Source: a virus
Virus record (IMG/VR): IMGVR_UViG_3300032053_000013
Location: 1-64,000 of that record
Strand: one strand, 5' to 3'
DNA length: 64,000 nucleotides
Shown: positions 56,586-64,000 of the stretch, piece by piece
How positions within the stretch are numbered: the first letter of the stretch is position 1
How the letters are laid out: each line of letters opens with the position of its first letter
Notes under the pieces: generated by a model
The model's database searches: none
What the model was told of the DNA's origin: nothing
What the model saw: the letters and a program-made list of their open reading frames with translations, nothing else
Position numbers and translations under genes: made by a program

Positions 56586-57638
56586 ATGTCGTACAACGCC
56601 TCGTGGGACGAATGGACCAACCTCGCCCTGCTCCTCGACGAGAGGGTCTCCGGGTTCCTCCGCCGGGAGAAGAACTTCGTCATGGACGGGTTCCAGCTGT
56701 CCACGGGGTTCGGGCTCTTCGCCCAGGTGGGGCAGGTGGGCCTCAACGTCGCCTACTGCAACGGGTACGAGCTGAAGCAGACCTACCCCATCGCGCCGCC
56801 GCTGGTCCCCGTCGCGCCAGCCACGCTGGGCCAGCCGGTCTACCTGGAGTTCACGAAGACCGTGGACCCGGGCGGCGGGTACCTGTCCATCGCGATCTTC
56901 CTCACGGTCGGGCCCCCGGCCACCCCGTCCGACTGGATCAAGCTCGGGGAGGTGGACACGGACGCGGTGGGGGTCATCGCGGTCAGGAACGAGGACAACC
57001 GGTACCACCTCCACTCGGCCCAGATGGACGACGTCCTGGAGGGCAACCTCCAGCACATCAGCCGCCTGACCCTCCAGCGCGGGGCGGCCTTCCCGGTGGC
57101 CCCGGCCCCCGTCCAGTCGGAGCTGTTCTGGAGGACGGACCTCCTCCAGCTCTACGTGTACGACGGGGGGATCTGGCAGCCTCTGACGCCGGGGGCTCCC
57201 CCGGGTGCGGTGATCTTCACGGCGAACCCCCTCGGCCCCCCGATCCTGCCGGGGGAGGTGGCGTACGTGGGTCCGAACCCCCCGGCGGCGCCGGGGACGG
57301 TGACCCAGGCCATCGCGCTCGCCATGGCGACGGCGGAGGTGGTCGGGGCGGCCATGGGGCCGGTCCTCCCCGGCCTCCCCGGCCCGTTCATGACGTGGCA
57401 CGGGACGACGGGGACGGCGTACTACGAGATCGCGGCCCCGCCGGTCGTCCCCCCGGTCCCCGGGAGGAAGGTGTGGCTCTCCAAGATCACGCCGGGGGCG
57501 GTGACCACGCTGGCCCCCGCGAACCCGTGCGCCAGGAAGGTCTTGGGGGTGATCACGGACAACTCCGTGTTCGCCTGGCCGGGCAACCCCTACCTCACGG
57601 TCGTGTGGGCGCCCGAGCCGACGATCTGGGTGCCGTAG
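56586..57638 (+). CDS. Baseplate/fibre attachment protein
   Basis: ELFWRTDL..LYVYDGG.W linker; C-terminal trimeric-beta-like domain. Confidence 0.6.
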   Translation: MSYNASWDEWTNLALLLDERVSGFLRREKNFVMDGFQLSTGFGLFAQVGQVGLNVAYCNGYELKQTYPIAPPLVPVAPATLGQPVYLEFTKTVDPGGGYLSIAIFLTVGPPATPSDWIKLGEVDTDAVGVIAVRNEDNRYHLHSAQMDDVLEGNLQHISRLTLQRGAAFPVAPAPVQSELFWRTDLLQLYVYDGGIWQPLTPGAPPGAVIFTANPLGPPILPGEVAYVGPNPPAAPGTVTQAIALAMATAEVVGAAMGPVLPGLPGPFMTWHGTTGTAYYEIAAPPVVPPVPGRKVWLSKITPGAVTTLAPANPCARKVLGVITDNSVFAWPGNPYLTVVWAPEPTIWVP

Positions 57639-57641
57639 GCA

Positions 57642-57670
57642 TTCCATGGCGTCCGGCCCCGTGGTATACT
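57642..57670 (+). promoter_or_regulatory. Putative promoter TTCCAT-N17-TATACT with extended -10 TG
   Basis: GTGGTATACT 57661-57670, intergenic. Confidence 0.55.
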
Positions 57671-57689
57671 CGGGGAGACGTGGGGAGGC

Positions 57690-58127
57690 GTGATGGGCTA
57701 CCCGGCAAGAGTCATCGCGGTCATGGAGGACGGGAGTCTTGAGGCCCTCTCCCCCGACCAGTTCGAGATGCAGTCGGACGTGGAGATGCTCCAGGGTCCG
57801 ACCCTTCCCGGGCTCCTCGACGCTGTGTACCTCTCCTCCTCTGGAACAGCGGATAAGGCCACGGGGTACGTTTCGACGAGCCCCTGCATTGGGTTCGTCT
57901 CTGCTCTCCTCCCACTGGGGAAGTGCCTGGTACGGAGGGAGGAGGAGATCGACGGTTTCGTGGGGCTTACCCCTGGTAAAATCTACTACGTGGATCCCAC
58001 GACACCGGGAGGGATCACGAAGACCCCGCCCACGGGGAACAGCGGGAAGGTTCTTCAGGACGTGGGGGCGGCCCTGACGACGAGCAAGCTCGGAATCTTC
58101 ATTGATATGGACTACATCGAGCTCTAA
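57690..58127 (+). CDS. Small virion structural protein (DUF2190/cement-like fold candidate)
   Basis: DAVYL...ADKA...IGFV...GLTPGKIYYV...GGIT..P pattern, paralogous to C-terminus of previous gene. Confidence 0.6.
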   Translation: MMGYPARVIAVMEDGSLEALSPDQFEMQSDVEMLQGPTLPGLLDAVYLSSSGTADKATGYVSTSPCIGFVSALLPLGKCLVRREEEIDGFVGLTPGKIYYVDPTTPGGITKTPPTGNSGKVLQDVGAALTTSKLGIFIDMDYIEL

Positions 58128-58139
58128 GGAGGACGGCAG

Positions 58140-61100
58140 ATGGCAAATGGACTTCTTTACCTTGACACGACGACCTACAACGCGAGGCAGTCCCCGTTCG
58201 AGGTCTCGACAGGCCCGGACACCCTCACCATCCTCGCCGGAGACAAGCTCACCATCGCCGGAAGCCTCGACTTCAGCGCGGCGACCATGGTGGGAGTGCT
58301 CGACGAGACGAACGGCGGCACGGGGCAGTCCGCCCTCGCCACGGGCGACACCCTCTACGCCTCGGCGGCGAACACCTTCTCCAAGCTCGGCATCGGGAAC
58401 GCGGGGGACGTCCTGACCGTCGCTGGAGGGGTCCCTACGTGGCAGGCCACGGGTGCGGTCACCCTCCAGGGGGCCTACCAGGGGGGGAACACCATCACCG
58501 TCACGGCTGCGGAGGGAGTTCCCACCATCTCGAACGCGGCGGACGCCACGAACACCCTCTCGGTAGCCCGCACCTTCGCCGGGGGTGGGACCGGGGTTGA
58601 TCTCAGCATGGGCGCGGCCACGACCGGGGTCGGGTTCAACGTCCTTGCCGCCGGTTCCGGCGACGCAGCTTTCATCAACAATACGGGCACGGGTTCGGCC
58701 TTCACCGTTCAGGACGGCGGTGTGGACGTCGCGGACATCACCGCAGCCGGGGCTGTGACAATCACCCCGACGAGCGGCCAGACCGCCACGATCACTACGG
58801 CAGGAGCCGGAACGCTGGACTTCAACTCCGCCGCAGGGATCACGATCGACGGCGTGGGAGTTTCCATCGACAACGCCAACTCTTCCGCGAACTTCTCCAA
58901 CGCTACGAACGGGGCAGCGCAGGATCTCACGATCGGCCTGACCGGGGCGACGAACTCCAGCATCCTCCTGAACTCGACCGGAACCGGGGTGGACGCCATC
59001 GGGCTGACCACTTCGGCGGGAGGACTGGTCGCGAGCGTGAACGGAACCCTCACGGCGGACGCGGCCTCGCTCGACCTCGACGCTACGACCACGTCCCACT
59101 TCACCGTCACGGGGGCGGCTGCGGACGCGACGGTCTCCAGCGTGGGAGGCTCGGTGAACATGACGGCCTCTGAGGCCGCCGCCGATGCCATCAACATCAC
59201 CGCTTCGGCAGGGGCGGGCGGAATCACCGCGTCCTCCGGGACAGGAGGCATCACCGAAACCACCACCGGAACGATGGACCTCAATTCGGGGCCGTTCACC
59301 CTGGACGGTACGACGGGCAGCATCGACTTCACGGACACAGCAAACGTGACCGTCACGGGAGCCAGCAAGGATCTGACCGTCGCCAGCACCGGTGGGTCGG
59401 TGAATGTGACGGCTACCGAAGCCGCTGCCGACGCGATCAACATCACGGCCTCGGCGGGGGCCGGGGGGATCACGGCGTCCTCCGGGACGGGGGGCATCAC
59501 CGAAACCACCACCGGAACGATGGACCTCAATTCGGGGCCGTTCACCTTGGACGGATCTACGGTCAGCATCGACGGAACGGATGCTGTCAACGTCACCGCC
59601 ACGGGAGCGAGCAAGGACGTGACGGTCAATAGCGCGGGCGGATCGGTCAACATCACCGCGACCGAGAACGCCGTCGATGCCATCAAGATCCAATCGACGG
59701 TCGGGGGAACGGAGATCAACTCCGCTGGTCTGTTGAGCATGGATGCCGGGGCCAGCGCGGACATCGACGTCACCGGAAGCACCACGATGACCTCCACCGT
59801 GGCGACCACGATCGAGGCGGTGGGGGGGAACCTTACCCTCGACAACCAGTTCGCTACCGGCAAGGTCATCCTCATGACGGGCACGAACACGGCGGCGACC
59901 GCCGTGGAGATCAAGAGCGACAACGGAACGGTTCAGGCCTCAGTCGATGGCACCGGGCAGGCCGACTTCAACGGCAACCTCGACGCCAACGCGGGTCTTG
60001 ACGTCTCGGGGGGCAACCTTACCCTCGACAGCAATGACATCATCGTCAATACGAACAAGTTCAAGGTTGATGGGGCCACGGGGGACACCTTGGTCGCCGG
60101 GAACCTGACGGTGCAGGGAACCATCACCGGCATCCAGACCGTGGACATGATCATCAAGGATAACTTCATCCAGGAGAACGTCGGATACACTACGGCAGTA
60201 GCCTTGACCGGCGGTCTTGTAACCAACTACCTCCCCACGGCGACGGCCACTACCACGAACGGGGCGTTCATCGCCGGGTACGGGGGTGGATCCCCCGCCG
60301 ATGCACAGGTCACGACGACCGGCTCGGGCACGTTCGCCTTGGGCGATATCATCCAGATCTCCGGTTCGACCGACGGCCTCAACGACGGCTTCTTCGAGGT
60401 GTACTCCCACGGTGGAACCAACCTCTTGATCCGCACTGTTCCGGGAGCCCATGCGACCGTCGAGCCCTTCACGCGCACTCAGTTCATCGCGATGCCGGCG
60501 CCTTCGCCCGCCGCCTCGATCACCAAGGTCACGGTCTCGGTCATCCGTGCCGGGACGGATGGGATCTGGGAGACCGGAAAGGGTGCGGTTACAGGGATCA
60601 CCTACTCCGATCTTGCTACCGGCACCACGGTGACCTTGCAACAGGCGTACGACAACGGGAACACCATTACTCTCACGAACGCCGATGGTAACCTGGCGAT
60701 CACGACGACCTCCGCCGGGGGCGGGGCCGACCTTACGGTGGCCTCTGCGGCGGGAAGCTTCCTCGCAACGAACACGGGAGCCGCCAAGATGGACCTGGGC
60801 GCGGCGGCGAACACGGTGAACCTCAACGGTCCTCTCACGGCCACGGGGAATCAGACCATCAACCTCGGCAGCGGCCAGTTGACTACCGCCGGGAACATGG
60901 ACGTGAGCAACGGGATCGACATGACCGGCGGGGTGGGCCTGACCCTCAGCGGGGCCGGGACGGACCTGTTCGCCGCCGACAGCACCGCGATCAAGCTCGG
61001 AAACACGGCTGTCGCACCGGATGCGACCATCGGATCCGACGGGACGGACATGGTCACCACGATGGCGGCTACGGCGAACTGCGTGGTGAAGACGGGCGAC

Positions 61101-61640
61101 GCCGCCGGGGCCAAGTCGTTCATCGTCGCGGACAGCGGGGCGGTTCCGCAGATGACCGTCACCTCGGACGGCGACCTGACGATCACGGGGACCGCGACGA
61201 TTCCCACGGGGGAATCGCTCAAGGTCGGGGACGTCTTCCTGAACGAGTACGGGTCGGGCATGCAGGGGAAGAACACCAGCCTCGTGCCCATCGTCGCCGG
61301 GGACACGGTGAAGTTCAACGGCTCGGGGAATTTCGAGATCTCGGGAACCCCCGGCCTTACGGGCATGAGCGACATCCCGGTCGGCGTGGCCGCCGTGAAC
61401 ATCGGGGTCGGGTTGTGGGGCAACGTCTACTTCAGCGGGCCTGCGGTGCCCGTCAAGGACAACAGCGCCGGAGGCTTGCTCGCCGGTGGGTTCGCAATCT
61501 TCGACACGGCGGGAGGCGTCAAGAACATCGCGGCTGGGGCCGCCGCAGGGAAGGAACTCGTCTACGGTGGGGCGTGCTCGAAGATCGCCGGGGGAATGGC
61601 GTACATCTCCCTCGTCATCCAGAAGATCGCCAAGGTGTAA
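58140..61640 (+). CDS. Long Thr/Ala/Gly-rich tail fibre-like protein (1166 aa)
   Basis: AAGGAGG RBS; TLYASAANT.SKL.IG..GDVLTV.GG.P.W, TLQ.AY..GNTI twice, internal repeats. Confidence 0.8.
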   Translation: MANGLLYLDTTTYNARQSPFEVSTGPDTLTILAGDKLTIAGSLDFSAATMVGVLDETNGGTGQSALATGDTLYASAANTFSKLGIGNAGDVLTVAGGVPTWQATGAVTLQGAYQGGNTITVTAAEGVPTISNAADATNTLSVARTFAGGGTGVDLSMGAATTGVGFNVLAAGSGDAAFINNTGTGSAFTVQDGGVDVADITAAGAVTITPTSGQTATITTAGAGTLDFNSAAGITIDGVGVSIDNANSSANFSNATNGAAQDLTIGLTGATNSSILLNSTGTGVDAIGLTTSAGGLVASVNGTLTADAASLDLDATTTSHFTVTGAAADATVSSVGGSVNMTASEAAADAINITASAGAGGITASSGTGGITETTTGTMDLNSGPFTLDGTTGSIDFTDTANVTVTGASKDLTVASTGGSVNVTATEAAADAINITASAGAGGITASSGTGGITETTTGTMDLNSGPFTLDGSTVSIDGTDAVNVTATGASKDVTVNSAGGSVNITATENAVDAIKIQSTVGGTEINSAGLLSMDAGASADIDVTGSTTMTSTVATTIEAVGGNLTLDNQFATGKVILMTGTNTAATAVEIKSDNGTVQASVDGTGQADFNGNLDANAGLDVSGGNLTLDSNDIIVNTNKFKVDGATGDTLVAGNLTVQGTITGIQTVDMIIKDNFIQENVGYTTAVALTGGLVTNYLPTATATTTNGAFIAGYGGGSPADAQVTTTGSGTFALGDIIQISGSTDGLNDGFFEVYSHGGTNLLIRTVPGAHATVEPFTRTQFIAMPAPSPAASITKVTVSVIRAGTDGIWETGKGAVTGITYSDLATGTTVTLQQAYDNGNTITLTNADGNLAITTTSAGGGADLTVASAAGSFLATNTGAAKMDLGAAANTVNLNGPLTATGNQTINLGSGQLTTAGNMDVSNGIDMTGGVGLTLSGAGTDLFAADSTAIKLGNTAVAPDATIGSDGTDMVTTMAATANCVVKTGDAAGAKSFIVADSGAVPQMTVTSDGDLTITGTATIPTGESLKVGDVFLNEYGSGMQGKNTSLVPIVAGDTVKFNGSGNFEISGTPGLTGMSDIPVGVAAVNIGVGLWGNVYFSGPAVPVKDNSAGGLLAGGFAIFDTAGGVKNIAAGAAAGKELVYGGACSKIAGGMAYISLVIQKIAKV
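59145..59690 (+). repeat. 246-nt (82-aa) tandem repeat, about 2.2 copies, inside the fibre gene
   Basis: GGSVN units begin at 59145, 59391 and 59637; identical CATCACCGAAACCACCACCGGAACGATGGACCTCAATTCGGGGCCGTTCACC in copies 1 and 2. Confidence 0.85.
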
Positions 61641-61660
61641 CAAGATACGGACCAGAGGCC

Positions 61661-61683
61661 GGGGGCTCGGTGAGCCCCCCTTT
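61661..61683 (+). terminator. Possible terminator hairpin after fibre gene
   Basis: GGGGGCTC-GGT-GAGCCCCC then CTTT (short U tract). Confidence 0.5.
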
Positions 61684-61697
61684 CGGAGGACGGGTGA

Positions 61698-62231
61698 ATG
61701 TCCAAGCACACGAAGATGGCAAGGGCGGCGGTGCCGCCGCCGCAGTCCAGGGGAGTGGGTCCGAGGCTGGTTCCGCCGGGGACGGCTCCGGTGGCGGTGC
61801 GCCAGGAGATCGGGGAGATGGACGCGCTCAAGTACCGGCTCGCGATCCAGAAGGACAACAATCTCAAGGAGAAGCTGAAGAACATCGAGGGGCAGAAGGC
61901 CCTTCTCGCCAAGGAAGAGGAGAACATCAAGCTGCGGATCGACCTTACCCGGATGGAGAACCGCAGGGACATCGGGCACCTGGACATCGGGCAGGGCGAT
62001 CAGCTGGCGGACGAGAACGGGAGGTTCTACATCCTCCGCGCCCCGAGGCAGGGGTCGCTCCCCACGATCAAGATCCCGCCCAAGGCGGGGCCGACAGCGC
62101 CGGAGCCTCCTGCCGCGCCCCCGGCGGAGGTGCCCCCGGCGAATCCCGAGGGGGAGGAGGAAGAGGAGGGGGAAGAGGAGGACGGGGCCACGGAGGGGAG
62201 AGGCACGGAAGCCCCCCCGGAGAAAGAGTGA
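61698..62231 (+). CDS. Hypothetical protein (coiled coil, acidic Pro-rich tail); possible fibre chaperone
   Basis: GGAGG RBS. Confidence 0.7.
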   Translation: MSKHTKMARAAVPPPQSRGVGPRLVPPGTAPVAVRQEIGEMDALKYRLAIQKDNNLKEKLKNIEGQKALLAKEEENIKLRIDLTRMENRRDIGHLDIGQGDQLADENGRFYILRAPRQGSLPTIKIPPKAGPTAPEPPAAPPAEVPPANPEGEEEEEGEEEDGATEGRGTEAPPEKE

Positions 62232-62242
62232 ACGCGGCAACC

Positions 62243-62288
62243 AGACCGGAGGGCGTTCTCCATTCAGGGGGACGCCCCCGGTCTTTTT
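62243..62288 (+). terminator. Intrinsic terminator
   Basis: AGACCGG-A-GGGCGT...ACGCCC-CCGGTCT followed by TTTT. Confidence 0.75.
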
Positions 62289-62305
62289 CATTCCAGGGGT
62301 GACGT

Positions 62306-64000
62306 ATGGGTGTCGCCCTCAGCGCAGGCTACAGCCTTGAACAAAAAGGGAACCTCGCCGGTAACAGGTTCTCAGGCACGGAGTATTTCACCAGCCTTGA
62401 CGCCTCCACCAGCGTGACGGTCGGGACACTCGTTCTTACTAACACCAGGGTCAACCCTGGGGTGCAGGGCACCCTCGACATCGGCACGACGAGCGTCATG
62501 CCCACGGGGATCGGCGGAAACAGCATCACCATCACTGGGCAATCCGGAGGCCCTTCCGCCAATCCAATCGGGGCGGGCAGGGGCGGAGGAACCACGCTGA
62601 AGGGGGGGACGGGGGGTCTGGGAGATGCGGTACAACTGGGGGGCGATGGAGGTGACGCCTACATAGAGGGTGGAATCGCCGGGGGGAGCGGAGGAGCGGG
62701 GGTGGGGACCAAGGGCAAGGTCTACCTCGGGCAGAACGACACCTTGTCGATCGTCGTGGGGACGGACGTCCTGCCTTCGGGATCCTCCCTGGACATCGGC
62801 AGCTCCGCCAGCCCGTTCGACTATGGCTACTTCAACGACGTGAGGATGACGGGGGCAAGCGGGTCGGATCTCCTTTGGGTCACGAACGGGGGAGGTGACA
62901 TCGGGGCGGCAGGCCCAGCCAACGCTCCGGCCAACATCTACGCCACGACCTTGATGAAGGTCGGAGCGTCCACCGCCCTGAAGTCCGACCGCCTCTCTAT
63001 CACCGGGGCGGCGGGAGACCCCGGGTCTCAAGTGGCAGGGGACTTCTGGTACAACACCACATCCAAGAAGCTCAAATACTACGACGGGACCACGGCGTAT
63101 GAGTTGGCGACGTCGTCGGCGGCGTCGAACTCGACCCTCGTGGACCTCGCGACCGCGACCGCCGCCAGCCTCACAACGGCCCTCTCGAACTACTCCATCG
63201 TCTATGTGAAGGGGACCAGCGGTTCGGACATGACGGCGGACGTGACGATCCCCGCCGGGAGATGGATCATAGGGGTCGAGACAGCCCTCCCCGAGATGAA
63301 GTTCGACGCGAGCCATAAGCTGATCGTGAACGGGTACCTCTACAACGTCCAGGTGACGGGTGCCTATAGCTCCAGGAGCCAGCATGTCATTACCACGGAC
63401 GGCGGAGGGATCCTGGAGGACGTCAGGGCCTACACCGCAGGGAACCTGGCGTCGGCGTCCTACTACGGGATCTACGGGGCCTTCCTGCGGATCAACAACT
63501 GCCAGGTTTACAACCTGAACGGCGTGTACCTGTCGAACTATGGGACCTACACCAGGGGAAACCAGAGCATCACGAACGTCTACTGCAACGGGACGGCTGG
63601 GGGATTCTCTACGCAGGGGATCTACCTCGGGGGGTCATACTGCTACGCGGCCAACCTTTACGCGACGAACTACACGACCGGAATCACTGCTGCGGGCTCT
63701 ACCAGCACGTACACCAATCTCAACTCGTACGCATGCAAGTCCGGCGGGGTCGGGGTGAACCTTGGCTGCTCCTACTCCCACGTCTTCGGGGTCTACAGTA
63801 ATTCGGACGTCGGGACGTATGGAGTGTACATGGGCGCGTACTCCATGACCGTCAAGGATGTCGTGGTGGTCGGCTGCACGGGGATCGGCGTCTACTCGGC
63901 GACCTTGTACGAGTGCGTCATCGACGGCATCTCGGTGAAGAACAACACCGGGGTCTCGATCTACTTCACCGGCTCGGGCGGGACCATCTACAGGAGCGTG
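62306..64000 (+). CDS. Fibre/tailspike with Gly-rich shaft and parallel beta-helix-like region, 3'-truncated (absent from ORF track)
   Basis: Open from ATG 62306 (MGVALSAGYSLEQKGN...) to window end; GG.GG repeats, GDFWYNTTSKKLKYYDG linker, then INNCQVYN/ITNVYCN-type repeats. Confidence 0.8.
   Translation, partial: MGVALSAGYSLEQKGNLAGNRFSGTEYFTSLDASTSVTVGTLVLTNTRVNPGVQGTLDIGTTSVMPTGIGGNSITITGQSGGPSANPIGAGRGGGTTLKGGTGGLGDAVQLGGDGGDAYIEGGIAGGSGGAGVGTKGKVYLGQNDTLSIVVGTDVLPSGSSLDIGSSASPFDYGYFNDVRMTGASGSDLLWVTNGGGDIGAAGPANAPANIYATTLMKVGASTALKSDRLSITGAAGDPGSQVAGDFWYNTTSKKLKYYDGTTAYELATSSAASNSTLVDLATATAASLTTALSNYSIVYVKGTSGSDMTADVTIPAGRWIIGVETALPEMKFDASHKLIVNGYLYNVQVTGAYSSRSQHVITTDGGGILEDVRAYTAGNLASASYYGIYGAFLRINNCQVYNLNGVYLSNYGTYTRGNQSITNVYCNGTAGGFSTQGIYLGGSYCYAANLYATNYTTGITAAGSTSTYTNLNSYACKSGGVGVNLGCSYSHVFGVYSNSDVGTYGVYMGAYSMTVKDVVVVGCTGIGVYSATLYECVIDGISVKNNTGVSIYFTGSGGTIYRSV

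Overview
A 64 kb segment of a large, GC-rich, contractile-tailed dsDNA phage (myovirus morphotype). Essentially all credible genes are on the + strand; the long minus-strand ORFs in the track are antisense shadows. Layout: (1) 1-9.3 kb, small early-type genes behind two near-identical sigma70-like promoters, including a bL12-CTD-like protein, a spermidine-synthase-like methyltransferase, an HNH endonuclease cassette, a WGR-domain ATP-dependent ligase and a ParB-like protein. (2) 9.3-13 kb, TerS and an intein-containing TerL. (3) 13-30.6 kb, an unusually large insert between terminase and portal: putative head-cargo proteins, a HipA/PI4K-like kinase plus HAD pair, a GPT collagen-like fibre, glycosyltransferase/methyltransferase genes, a DUF2589-like pair and a permuted papain-like amidase. 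(4) 30.7-39.8 kb, portal, protease/scaffold, major capsid and neck. (5) 40-56.6 kb, sheath, two gp19-like tubes, frameshifted chaperone, tape measure and an eCIS-like baseplate. (6) 56.6-64 kb, fibre/tailspike genes, the last one truncated by the window edge. Most notable observations: an in-frame TGA exactly at the conserved Zn-ligand Cys of the PAAR spike tip, followed by a hairpin (candidate selenocysteine/readthrough); two unrelated homing endonuclease cassettes that inserted inside genes and supply a replacement 5' end plus their own promoter; a collagen-fibre/glycosylation island; a family of 17-bp palindromes; and an intein with a non-canonical N-terminus. Family assignments are from motif recognition by eye, with no database searches. 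No tRNA, rRNA or CRISPR array was recognised.
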